A DNA stretch of 40,204 bases from a virus (Duplodnaviria; Caudoviricetes): positions 1 through 40,204 of IMG/VR virus record IMGVR_UViG_3300008255_000228; one strand, given 5' to 3'. The notes beneath the pieces were generated by a model. It searched no databases. It was not told the origin of the DNA and saw only the letters and a program-made list of their open reading frames with translations. The position numbers and the translations under genes are program-made. Shown piece after piece: positions 9,925 to 19,118 of the stretch (position 1 is the first letter of the stretch; the number at the start of each line of letters is the position of its first letter).

Positions 9925-10381
9925 TTGTAAACTCTTCCGCATACTGCTCTTGAAAGCTTTCTGGAGCAAAACTAATAAAAAACTTCCTATGTCTCTCGTT
10001 AAGCTCCTCTTGTTCTAGTACTTCTTTCTCAAATAACAATGAAGTTGTAGCACTAATAAAAGTGTTTAGATTGTATAGCTTCATTGATTCTTGAGAAGAA
10101 ACAGCTGCTAAATTCTTTAACACTTCTACAAGCGCCCGAATCATCATCTCTTGAATACTATTCAATCGATATGTAGCGTCAAGAAACTTATGAAGTTGCT
10201 TATTGGTTAATCTACCTTTAGCAGAAAAAGACAGCAGAGACTTCAATTGCTTAATCAATCCATCTCTTGCTTCGCGGGTTGGATCAAAAGGATCAGTGCT
10301 ACTACTGTCTTGATCTGCTAAGGTGTTTTGCGCAACTATATTATCCTCAACCAGAGGTTTATTAAGATTATCTTTATTCAT
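9833..10381 (-). CDS. hypothetical helical protein
   Basis: GAGG RBS; last gene of the - strand block. Confidence 0.7.
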   Translation of the reverse strand: MNKDNLNKPLVEDNIVAQNTLADQDSSSTDPFDPTREARDGLIKQLKSLLSFSAKGRLTNKQLHKFLDATYRLNSIQEMMIRALVEVLKNLAAVSSQESMKLYNLNTFISATTSLLFEKEVLEQEELNERHRKFFISFAPESFQEQYAEEFTTTSCNVEDIQNEPSLPIESIEDSEDLLDNE

Positions 10382-10389
10382 TTCTTCCT

Positions 10390-10608
10390 CTATTCTACTT
10401 CGGCAGGTTCTACATCTTCTAGGTCAAAACTATAAATTTCTTCTTCTTGGTCTACTGTTGCAATTATCCCTTCTTGAATAATTGAGGTTGCCACTCTCTC
10501 AGCATCTTCTGGAGAGTCAGCAATGATAGTCATTGAAACAGTAACCTTAAATCTATTCTCCAGTACTACCATATCCTCCTCGCGATTTGTCGTCCTTAAG
10601 TGTTTCAT
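10390..10608 (-). CDS. small acidic hypothetical protein
   Basis: ORF tiles within the operon; start may be internal (MVVLENRF, after GAGGAGG). Confidence 0.6.
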   Translation of the reverse strand: MKHLRTTNREEDMVVLENRFKVTVSMTIIADSPEDAERVATSIIQEGIIATVDQEEEIYSFDLEDVEPAEVE

Positions 10609-11005
10609 ATAACACCTCTCTTATTTCATGTCGAATAGTCTTACATAGTTTTAATTGAGCTATTCTACTTCCTTTAGGTATCTTAACATGTTCTTCCAAA
10701 ACAAGAAGAGGTAAAATTAATTCATCATCTGGTCCGCAATAATCTTGATCTATAATCCCTACTGAATGAGGTACCATAACACCATACTTACGTGGTGTAC
10801 TGGACCTAAGATAAACTTCTAAATGATATCCAGGCTCTACCTTAGCAATTAAACCAAATCGAGCCACTACAACAGGAGGCCATGCTAAATTGGATAAATC
10901 TGCATCAATAGATTCAACTGTTGTTAAGTCCATACAAGCGCTATAAGGAGTGGCAAAATCTGGAATAACAGCATCAGGATGTTTTTTATAGAAAAATACA
11001 GTCAT
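10553..11005 (-). CDS. dut: trimeric dUTPase
   Basis: All five motifs: ACMDL, RSS, GIIDQDYCG, RIAQL, RGGYGSTG. Confidence 0.92.
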   Translation of the reverse strand: MTVFFYKKHPDAVIPDFATPYSACMDLTTVESIDADLSNLAWPPVVVARFGLIAKVEPGYHLEVYLRSSTPRKYGVMVPHSVGIIDQDYCGPDDELILPLLVLEEHVKIPKGSRIAQLKLCKTIRHEIREVLYETLKDDKSRGGYGSTGE

Positions 11006-11854
11006 TTAATCCTCGAATACATCAGCGAACAATTTAGCAGTTGGTGATCTTTCGCACTTTTGCAACTCAATGCAACAAACTAATTCAGAGTCTCTAGCCT
11101 TTGCATTATTAAAAAACTTATATAACCCTGTCTTTTCTTTAGGGATCTTTTCATCTCGTTGATTTAAGTCTCCCATTAACACAATCTTACTTCCCTCTCC
11201 TATGCGACTACCAATGGTTAGAGTTTCCATAAAGTCACAGACCTGCATTTCGTCTGCAATTAGAAAAGTATTTCTAAAAGAAGCGCCGCGCACTAACTGA
11301 AGTGGAACAATCTCAATTCCATTTTGCTCAATCAAGTCACGAACATTCATTCTTCCGGCAAAGTTTTCTAAGTTAGTAACAAAGTTAAGCAAGAAAGGAG
11401 AAAACTTATCAGTTACGTCTCCAGGGAGAGTACCAAGTTTATACCTTCCTACTTCAGACATTGGTCTAGTAAGGATGGCTTTAACAAACCTCTTGTCTTG
11501 AATTTTTTGTAACATGGCGGCTAGACTAAGAATAGTTTTACCTGTGCCGGCGCGGCCAGTTAGACATACAATTGTAATATCGTCATCAAGCAGAGCATCA
11601 AGAGCAAATACTTGTTCCCGATTGCGAGGCTTCAAACCCCATGAATTTTCTGCATTAAGTTTTTGGATTCTACTTCCTTTTACTTTAGCAAGAGTCGTAT
11701 GTTTAGGATTAACGCTACTTTTTAACTCTAAGTACAAGTTAGGATAAATGGATATTCTTTTGTCCCAAATCTCTAGTTTTTGTCCAGAATATAGATCATT
11801 AATAAAAGCTTCTGGGGCTTCAAGTTCACGAAAACCAGAAAATATATTTGACAA
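11006..11854 (-). CDS. phoH: PhoH-family ATPase
   Basis: PRNREQ, GRAGTGKT, LPGD, RGASF, DEMQ, GDLNQRD; TTG start after GGAGG. Confidence 0.9.
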   Translation of the reverse strand: MSNIFSGFRELEAPEAFINDLYSGQKLEIWDKRISIYPNLYLELKSSVNPKHTTLAKVKGSRIQKLNAENSWGLKPRNREQVFALDALLDDDITIVCLTGRAGTGKTILSLAAMLQKIQDKRFVKAILTRPMSEVGRYKLGTLPGDVTDKFSPFLLNFVTNLENFAGRMNVRDLIEQNGIEIVPLQLVRGASFRNTFLIADEMQVCDFMETLTIGSRIGEGSKIVLMGDLNQRDEKIPKEKTGLYKFFNNAKARDSELVCCIELQKCERSPTAKLFADVFED

Positions 11855-11864
11855 GTAGTGCCTC

Positions 11865-12512
11865 CTAGACGAGCGGAACTAAAACTATTCCTAACTCAGA
11901 TGCCATTTCTTGACTTAAGTTACCATTTTTTGCTTTATAGTCATCTTTGTATATCACTTTAGAAATACCTGATGCCGCCATTACTTTCACACATTCCCAG
12001 CAAGGAAAAGTATTACAATAGAGAGTACACCCAGCTACCGATATCCCTCTAGAAGCTGCATTTGTGATTGCATTAACTTCTGAATGGATAGTTCTTACGC
12101 AATGGTTATCTACAATAAGATGTCCTCCCTGTCTAACATAAAAAGGAAAACCCTTATATTTCAAATCTCTTTCCTGTTCAATTTTTTCTATTGCTGAGCG
12201 ATGTAATTGTAGTTTTTCTTTAGAAAGAACATGTGAAACAATATGCAATTTCATTTTAGCATGAAATTCATACTCTTCTTTGGTTATCTCAACTTTAACT
12301 TTAGATACAGAACACTCTGCAAAATAGGGTGGGTCATCACAATGGGGAGCACCTGGCGCCGATCCATTATACCCTGTAGATATAAGCCTATGATTTGAGT
12401 CTACAATAACCGCGCCCACATGCTTCCTATTGCATGTTGCTCTCTCGGATACCTTATCTGCAAGATCCATAAAGTAATGATCCCAGTCTTGTCTTTTATC
12501 TTCTACTCTCAT
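11865..12512 (-). CDS. dCMP deaminase
   Basis: ATC.R.HVGAVI, TGYNG, IHSEVNAI, PCWEC. Confidence 0.9.
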   Translation of the reverse strand: MRVEDKRQDWDHYFMDLADKVSERATCNRKHVGAVIVDSNHRLISTGYNGSAPGAPHCDDPPYFAECSVSKVKVEITKEEYEFHAKMKLHIVSHVLSKEKLQLHRSAIEKIEQERDLKYKGFPFYVRQGGHLIVDNHCVRTIHSEVNAITNAASRGISVAGCTLYCNTFPCWECVKVMAASGISKVIYKDDYKAKNGNLSQEMASELGIVLVPLV

Positions 12513-13121
12513 TTATCCAATAACCCTTCTCGCTCTTTTTTCATAGAGCCAAACCACAATAAACTTAGGCATTGAAAAGAAATACATAGGCCCTGAAACA
12601 GCAGTTGCAAAACCTTTTGCTCTATCAAGAATTAAACTACGAATCAACGTCAGATTTGATTCTCTAATGTTTGAATCAGAAATAAGTCTATTAGATTCAA
12701 TCATTCTATTCCAAGCATATGCTTCGGCATCTAACTCAAACAATGCTCGAAATAGAGCGCCGCCGACTGGAAGAGGAAGAAACGCATAAAGCAATAGGTA
12801 AATAGGGAAACCTAAAAGAGGATGAATACCTAAACCTAACCATCTACTATGTTTTACGTGCCTGGATTCATGCCATAAAACTGGAAGAATTTTATATTCA
12901 ACTAGTTCTTTTGGAATAAAAATATGATTAGCAATCGTAGTGAAATAATCTTCTAGAAAGCTTCGCTTCCATTCTTTGCTTTTTGCTTTACTGAAGGTAA
13001 AAAGTAGAGTTGCAAAAGCACCCAGACTAGCTAAAGCTTTTATAAACCAACCATCTTTAGTATGAAGAACTATACTCTTATCGATTTCTCTTAATTCAAT
13101 TTGAAGTTCTTGTAGTGTCAC
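12513..13121 (-). CDS. membrane protein with HExxH motif (putative zinc metallopeptidase)
   Basis: HESRH, downstream FELDAEAY, hydrophobic segments; start re-called at GTG 13121. Confidence 0.55.
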   Translation of the reverse strand: MTLQELQIELREIDKSIVLHTKDGWFIKALASLGAFATLLFTFSKAKSKEWKRSFLEDYFTTIANHIFIPKELVEYKILPVLWHESRHVKHSRWLGLGIHPLLGFPIYLLLYAFLPLPVGGALFRALFELDAEAYAWNRMIESNRLISDSNIRESNLTLIRSLILDRAKGFATAVSGPMYFFSMPKFIVVWLYEKRARRVIG

Positions 13122-14329
13122 TACTCGTCTCCAAATCGGATAGGGACCACCTGTTCGCATATGGTATCTTCAGTTGCTATCCAAGCTAACTGAACCGGAA
13201 GGTCAAAATAAGCAAGGGACTCTGCGTAGTCATCGCCACCAGCTAATGAACCATTTCTAAGAATTGGTTTGCCATTCCAAGTCATAACACCCCAATGATG
13301 AAAGTGACCAAACAAGAAGGCATCCCACTCATGTATTCCATACCAGCCTGCATACTTAGCGATTCCTGCGCCTGTGTCGGCCTGTACGGGCGCTTTGTGT
13401 CTCATTAAGACCTTCCAGCCTCGTACGTTTCCAATAGCATAGTCGCCGTATCTGTTCTTTATAGTAACATCTAGATCTCCACCCATTTCTATATCTAAAT
13501 CTATGAGTAGTTCTAGTTGTTGATAAATCATATTGTCCCAATTAGCCTCAGGAGAGGTATGGGCTGCACCATGATTACCTTTGGTTGTAATAATACGAAC
13601 CAAGGGAAAGGTTCCGCGAAAGACATTTATGATTTGCCAAAAAGCCTTAGTTGCAGCTTTAACCTGTTCAACCGCATGGGTCTCAAGTTCCATTGCTTGA
13701 TGGCCAAAGATACCTTCACCGTCAACCATATCGCCACCAAGAAATAAAACAACTTCATCAATCTGATCGATTTGATCTTCTGTTAGAATAGAAAGAATCT
13801 TGTTTGGAACAGAAAGAATCCTTTCAGAAGCGATTTTGACATTAAAATAATCTTCTCCAGTTTCGGGATCTGCTAAGTGTCTGCCAAAATGAGTATCAGA
13901 AAGAAAAACACAAAGACTTTTCTTGTTTCCATGTGCTCTTTTTGCCGATTTTGAACCAGTTCTTTCAACTTCCTCTCTAATCTCATACAAAGATTCTAAG
14001 AGTTCGTTAACAAACCCTCTTCTGCCTTTAGTGAGTTTTGCTTTTTCATTAGGATCTGGTGTAGCCGTTTTACTAAGAGTAGTAAGTGTGGCATGATATC
14101 TATTCTCAAGAATTCTTGATATGGCTGCTTGTTCTTGTTTAGTGAAAACACCCTGAGGTTCACCAAAATCTACAAACTTACACCCAAGTTTTTTTGATTG
14201 TTTTTGAATGGCATCAGGGGATCGATCATAACCAATCTCTGTCCATAGTTGCGAAATTTCTCTACTAGATAGAGTTGCTCTAACTTTTTCAAGTAGAAGT
14301 CTTTCGTCTTCGCTCCAAAATACTGACAT
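13121..14329 (-). CDS. calcineurin-like metallophosphoesterase/nuclease with N-terminal HTH-like region
   Basis: SDTHFG, GGDMVDG, GNHG, GHFHH motifs. Confidence 0.85.
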   Translation of the reverse strand: MSVFWSEDERLLLEKVRATLSSREISQLWTEIGYDRSPDAIQKQSKKLGCKFVDFGEPQGVFTKQEQAAISRILENRYHATLTTLSKTATPDPNEKAKLTKGRRGFVNELLESLYEIREEVERTGSKSAKRAHGNKKSLCVFLSDTHFGRHLADPETGEDYFNVKIASERILSVPNKILSILTEDQIDQIDEVVLFLGGDMVDGEGIFGHQAMELETHAVEQVKAATKAFWQIINVFRGTFPLVRIITTKGNHGAAHTSPEANWDNMIYQQLELLIDLDIEMGGDLDVTIKNRYGDYAIGNVRGWKVLMRHKAPVQADTGAGIAKYAGWYGIHEWDAFLFGHFHHWGVMTWNGKPILRNGSLAGGDDYAESLAYFDLPVQLAWIATEDTICEQVVPIRFGDE

Positions 14330-14333
14330 GTAA

Positions 14334-14492
14334 TTATGCTCCTTGTGTGGTTAATTTCATCTTTTCTAGGAAGCTTACAAACTTCCAAACAAGATAACCA
14401 ACTAAAGAGAGTCCAAGTCCTATGGATAAAATCTTACCCCAGATGAGAATGGATGCTCCTAAGTTGAATAAAAAATCTAGCATATTGTCCAT
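14334..14492 (-). CDS. 52-aa membrane protein (not in the ORF track)
   Basis: Hand translation MDNMLDFLFNLGASILIWGKILSIGLGLSLVGYLVWKFVSFLEKMKLTTQGA fills the gap exactly. Confidence 0.65.
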   Translation of the reverse strand: MDNMLDFLFNLGASILIWGKILSIGLGLSLVGYLVWKFVSFLEKMKLTTQGA

Positions 14493-14496
14493 TTTA

Positions 14497-17142
14497 CTAT
14501 CCATTAAATCTAATCAATTCTGTTTTAGTAAAGCCGCAGGTTTGGACAGGAAGCTCTACTCTGTAGTCGTTACTTTCAAATACAATCTTTACTTTTGTGT
14601 CTCCACTAGACTCTTTTATTTTAGAAACAATCTCTAAAAATTTCTTCTCATCTTTTACTGTAATATACACTGTTTCTAATTTAGAAAGAACAGCTACCGG
14701 ATGCACTGTAACTCCCTTAACTACAACAGTTATTGCCGATCCAGTGTCTCCTCTAGTTACTTCTAGTGATGCGTTTATTACAATAGGGGTGTTAGGATCT
14801 AAAACATGCTTATACTTATTATATCCTGCTGAATAAATAACACCAGCGATGGACCCAGTCTTATCCTCTAGCTGCATGTATGCCATCTTCTGTTTCTTTT
14901 GCTTAGTAGTGTGTTCTTTTAGAACACTTGGCACTGCAATAAGTTTAATAGAAGACTTGTTTTCTAGCTCTCCTACATTAACTGCATCAATAATATCCTC
15001 AACAGTCCACGTAGTGTCTACTGCAATACCATCTAGAGGATGTCCTGTAACAAAATAACCTAACAACTCTTTTTCTTGTCTAAGTATCTCGTCATCACTA
15101 AGCTCTACGTTCTTTCTAATTTCTGGCTCAAGCAATATCTCTGGACAAACTGGAGCCTTTTTCTTTCCTGGTTTCTTCTTTCCTTGCAGTCTTAGATTTT
15201 TCTTAACAGTAAGAGTTAGATTCTCCCACACTTCAATCTCTTTTAATCTTTCTTCGTACTCCTTGCTCTTTGCTAAATAGGTTTCTAATTTAGCTTCATA
15301 AGACTTAAGGTCCTTCTTGTACTGAAGAACGTCATCAACATACAACAGAAGAGAACTTCTTGTATAACCAAATTCATCGAAAGCACCACTTAAAATAAGG
15401 GAATCAAGTTTTTTCTTGTTAATCTTACTCGTATTAACGCGGTCGATAAAATCCTTAGGCGAAGTAAATGGTCCGTTCTTTTCTCTTTCTTGAATAATTT
15501 CTTCTACAGGTTTTCCTAGGTTTTTGATAGCTGATAGCCCAAACCTAATATTACCCTTCTTTGCGATATTGAATTGAAACATTGATTCGTTAATAGACGG
15601 ACCTAAAATCTCTATACCTATGGCTTTACAATAGGAGATATATTTAATTACCTTGCTAACTTCATCTGAATCACTAATCAAACAAGCGGTCATAAACTCA
15701 AGAGGATAGTGAGTCTTGAGATAGGCCATTTGGTATGAAATGTAACCATAACAGGCAGCATGGGCGCGATTGAAGCCATATGCAGCAAAGGCTTTGATGT
15801 CTTCCCAAATTTTATGAGCATCTTGAATATCTATATTGTTTTTAGCCATACCGGCTTTAAATTTCTGCTCCTGCGCAGCCATCTCTTTTTCTTTTTTCTT
15901 GCCTACCGCTCTTCTCATCAAGTCGGCTTCGCCCATTGTGTAACCAGCTAGCTGCTTACAGATTTCTAAAATCTGTTCCTGATAAATAAGCATTCCATCT
16001 GTATCACCAAGAATTGGTTCTAATTCTGGAACTGCAAAGATTGGACTAGCTTCGCCTGCACGTACTTTTAAGTAGTGTTGAAGCATGTCAGAAGATAGGG
16101 GACCGGGACGGTAAACGGCGACAAGAAGAGCTAGGTCATCAAGCTTATTTGGCTTGATTTTTATAAGCAAGTCCTTCATTCCTGAAGAACCTTCTAGTTG
16201 AAAAACGCCATCAACATCACCTTCTTGGAGCTTTCTATACACCTCGTAATCATCTACCGGAATTTGAAGGGGTTCTATGTCGATGTTGTGGCGTTGTTTG
16301 ATAATGTCTACACATCTTTGAATGGTAGTTAGGGCGCGTAAGCCAAGGAAGTCAAACTTAATTAAGCCAACCTTTTCTACTGTGTTCATTTCGAACTGTG
16401 TAGTAGGAGCACCATCCTTACCCAGGATCAAAGGTAGGGTTCTTGTGATCTTATCCTTACTAATTACGATTCCACTAGCATGAGTACCAAAAGATCTAAT
16501 TCGATCTTCCATCTTCTCTGCCCAAATTAGAATCTCTTGTTCTTGAGGAACAATACCTGCTCGAATGTTTTTTAGCTCTGGAACCTTCTCGTAACACGTC
16601 TGAAGCGATTGAGACTTACCTTCAATAGGATCCAAGGTAAGCTTAGCAAGCTTGTCTCCTAGTGCATAAGGAAGTCCTAGCGCTCTAGTGACATCTCTAA
16701 TTGACGCTTTAGATTTCAAACTACCAAAGGTACCTATATGAGCTACCTTATCTCGTCCATACTTTTGTTCTACGTATTCAATTACTTCATTTCTTCGTAA
16801 TTCGCAGAAGTCCATATCAATGTCGGGCATTGAGACTCGGTCTGGATTGAGGAATCGTTCAAAGATGAGTTTATATTTAATTGGGTCCAAGTGTGTAATT
16901 TCGAGTGCAAATGCAACAAGAGATCCAGCAGCCGAACCGCGACCTGGCCCAACAGGTATCTTGTTACGAAGTGCCCAAGTGAGAATATCTGAGACAACAA
17001 GGAAATAACCTGCGAATCCCATAGTGTTGATAATGCTGATTTCATATTTTAACCGCTCCTGATACTCTACAAGATGAGCTACACCTCTTTTCTTGAGGCC
17101 CTTCTCAGATCTAAATTGAAAATAAAGCTGTAGGTCGGTCAT
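14497..17142 (-). CDS. dnaE: DNA polymerase III alpha (DnaE), catalytic part without PHP domain
   Basis: GPGRGSAAGS, FERFLNPDRVSMPDIDMDF, HASG, KFDFLGL, YGFNRAHA, C-terminal OB fold; start re-called at ATG 17142. Confidence 0.95.
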   Translation of the reverse strand: MTDLQLYFQFRSEKGLKKRGVAHLVEYQERLKYEISIINTMGFAGYFLVVSDILTWALRNKIPVGPGRGSAAGSLVAFALEITHLDPIKYKLIFERFLNPDRVSMPDIDMDFCELRRNEVIEYVEQKYGRDKVAHIGTFGSLKSKASIRDVTRALGLPYALGDKLAKLTLDPIEGKSQSLQTCYEKVPELKNIRAGIVPQEQEILIWAEKMEDRIRSFGTHASGIVISKDKITRTLPLILGKDGAPTTQFEMNTVEKVGLIKFDFLGLRALTTIQRCVDIIKQRHNIDIEPLQIPVDDYEVYRKLQEGDVDGVFQLEGSSGMKDLLIKIKPNKLDDLALLVAVYRPGPLSSDMLQHYLKVRAGEASPIFAVPELEPILGDTDGMLIYQEQILEICKQLAGYTMGEADLMRRAVGKKKEKEMAAQEQKFKAGMAKNNIDIQDAHKIWEDIKAFAAYGFNRAHAACYGYISYQMAYLKTHYPLEFMTACLISDSDEVSKVIKYISYCKAIGIEILGPSINESMFQFNIAKKGNIRFGLSAIKNLGKPVEEIIQEREKNGPFTSPKDFIDRVNTSKINKKKLDSLILSGAFDEFGYTRSSLLLYVDDVLQYKKDLKSYEAKLETYLAKSKEYEERLKEIEVWENLTLTVKKNLRLQGKKKPGKKKAPVCPEILLEPEIRKNVELSDDEILRQEKELLGYFVTGHPLDGIAVDTTWTVEDIIDAVNVGELENKSSIKLIAVPSVLKEHTTKQKKQKMAYMQLEDKTGSIAGVIYSAGYNKYKHVLDPNTPIVINASLEVTRGDTGSAITVVVKGVTVHPVAVLSKLETVYITVKDEKKFLEIVSKIKESSGDTKVKIVFESNDYRVELPVQTCGFTKTELIRFNG

Positions 17143-17143
17143 A

Positions 17144-17368
17144 CTATTCCGTCTCAACCTCGAAAACATAACCCTTTTCATATCCCGAATAAGCTTCTTT
17201 AACTACAATTGATTTGCAACAAGGGCATTCTTCATTCACCTGTTTGTATGACATGATTGCATACGTAGGACCTTTTTCTTTATGAGGAGGGTATTGACTC
17301 CAGTAGGTAATCTCGAATCCAGGATTCTCTCCTATGTAGTCTCTCGTATACTTTTGAAATTCAGTCAT
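17144..17368 (-). CDS. hypothetical protein
   Basis: GAGG RBS; CPCC motif. Confidence 0.65.
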   Translation of the reverse strand: MTEFQKYTRDYIGENPGFEITYWSQYPPHKEKGPTYAIMSYKQVNEECPCCKSIVVKEAYSGYEKGYVFEVETE

Positions 17369-17531
17369 AATTTACCTCTTTGGTGCTGCGCATCCACGAC
17401 CGCTACCTCTTTCTGATAGAGGTTTTTCTTTATCCCTTACTCTTTTTAGGTCAATCTGATAACTGCTAGTTTTTCTTTTGATAACTAAGATCTGTCAACA
17501 GGAATTTTTCCTTAAGACTATCCCGTAAATC

Positions 17532-17837
17532 CTATTCCTGATGAATCTTGTTTTTTGCTTCAACAGAATCAAACCTAGTTCTTCTTAAGTGAAGAGAATA
17601 GCCTGTAGTTTTCTTAACAAGAACTAAACATTCTTGTTTATTAACGTCTGTTTTTACCCAGATACCAATAGATTCATTCATTTCCATGTTTCCTGGATTA
17701 AGATAGTCTCCTATTTCTGTTTCAAGACTAGACAAGTATTCTTTTTTATCGTCTAAAGACTTTTGCATAGCACGAATGTCGGATTGTATTTTTTGCCACT
17801 CTTTAACCTTATCTGTTAATTCCTTGTTTGCAGTCAT
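17532..17837 (-). CDS. hypothetical protein with N-terminal coiled coil
   Basis: AAGGAG RBS. Confidence 0.7.
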   Translation of the reverse strand: MTANKELTDKVKEWQKIQSDIRAMQKSLDDKKEYLSSLETEIGDYLNPGNMEMNESIGIWVKTDVNKQECLVLVKKTTGYSLHLRRTRFDSVEAKNKIHQE

Positions 17838-17893
17838 GCACTACTCCTTGCCAACAGAAACAAAAGATTCGATTCTTCCTTTTCTCTATTAAG

Positions 17894-18067
17894 TTATGGT
17901 TGCCTTGTATCTTCTAATTCTTCTCCGGGATCAGGACCCATAATCTTATCTATTTTAGCAAGCATTGTGATTCTTTCTTCTTTCTTGTAGACATAAGCTT
18001 TGACAATCTTGTCTTGCTGAATAGAAAGATACCAGCCGTTTTGTGTTTCATAGATTTTAAATATCAT
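17894..18067 (-). CDS. 57-aa hypothetical protein (not in the ORF track)
   Basis: MIFKIYETQNGWYLSIQQDK...; ATGA overlap with the upstream stop. Confidence 0.65.
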   Translation of the reverse strand: MIFKIYETQNGWYLSIQQDKIVKAYVYKKEERITMLAKIDKIMGPDPGEELEDTRQP

Positions 18068-18804
18068 CGTTCAAAAACCTTATCAGAAAAACATTTTCGA
18101 CAACTCTGGCAAGCGTCTTTAGTTTCTAGCTTGCCCGCGTCAACAGGACAACACCTAAGAAGATCTTCAAAAGGAAGATCTTTCTTTTTCTGCTGCATGT
18201 TAAAAATAATTTGAGCACCAAGGGTATCTTCTCTACTGTCTGTTCTCAAGAAACTGAAGTAAATTCTTGGGTGCCTTGCTTCAAGTACCTGACTCTTCTT
18301 AATCTTACTCTGAGGATCGCTGTCAAGAGAGAACATAATATAGAGATTAGTGGCGTTTCTTGTTAACGCTAACGCTTCCTTAACCTTCTTAGTTACAACC
18401 CATAGAACAACATCTTCATGTTGAGTGACTAGACGATTGATAACTTCAATTGCCTTTGGAAACAAATCCCCTACTCCATTCCACCTTAAGAATGTCATCT
18501 TCTTAGAAACATATTGCTTATAGATTCTGTCTACAATGACCTGGGTTGGAGTTTTAAGAAAGTACTCATATAAACGTAAATTTTTAGCAAGAGAATTGTT
18601 CCATGTAATAGGTCTATTAAGTCTAGTCCCATAACAAACCTTAGAACAAATCTTGGTAGGTTGACATGTTTTAGAAATAGGAAAATTCAAACTCCAGCCT
18701 GTTTTAGTATTAAAGCTACAGATGTTTTCCTTAGGCTCTAGTGCTTTTAGTCCTTGAATCTCGACATCTTTAGTTTTCTGTATTAATTTTTGTACAGCAA
18801 TCAT
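18064..18804 (-). CDS. GP88-like Cys-rich phage protein (probable Fe-S, radical-SAM-related)
   Basis: C..CSKVCY, RWNGVGD, CCP..CQSCRKC. Confidence 0.6.
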   Translation of the reverse strand: MIAVQKLIQKTKDVEIQGLKALEPKENICSFNTKTGWSLNFPISKTCQPTKICSKVCYGTRLNRPITWNNSLAKNLRLYEYFLKTPTQVIVDRIYKQYVSKKMTFLRWNGVGDLFPKAIEVINRLVTQHEDVVLWVVTKKVKEALALTRNATNLYIMFSLDSDPQSKIKKSQVLEARHPRIYFSFLRTDSREDTLGAQIIFNMQQKKKDLPFEDLLRCCPVDAGKLETKDACQSCRKCFSDKVFER

Positions 18805-19118
18805 TAGTGATCAATACTTTCAAGCACATAAAATACTTCAAGAGCTTCTTGAAATGTATTTAATGTGACTTTTCCAAAAACATCCGTTTTTTTAAGATTC
18901 TCATATATCATAATAGTTCCAACTACATACTGATTATTAGAAATCTTTTTGATACCATTATTTTCTCCAAGAAACATTCCAAGGGTATCTACAACACTTT
19001 CTATATGTTGTTCAAATGAAATACCGCCCTCAGCGTACTGAAAAGCTTTCTTAAGTCTATTTTGTATCTTAATCTTAAGGAACTCCGCAGCTGTCTTGAT
19101 GTCTGGCATTAATTCCAT
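18804..19118 (-). CDS. hypothetical protein
   Basis: Start re-called at ATG 19118 after AAGGAG. Confidence 0.65.
   Translation of the reverse strand: MELMPDIKTAAEFLKIKIQNRLKKAFQYAEGGISFEQHIESVVDTLGMFLGENNGIKKISNNQYVVGTIMIYENLKKTDVFGKVTLNTFQEALEVFYVLESIDH

Noticed and set aside
17369-17531. Promoter or ncRNA in the intergenic gap (TTGACA on -, TGATAACT twice)
   Set aside because: No properly spaced -10 box or convincing structure.
17143-19074. Group I intron or split intein between the DnaE halves
   Set aside because: The interval is filled with ordinary co-oriented genes with RBSs or coupled starts; no intein termini or homing endonuclease were recognised.
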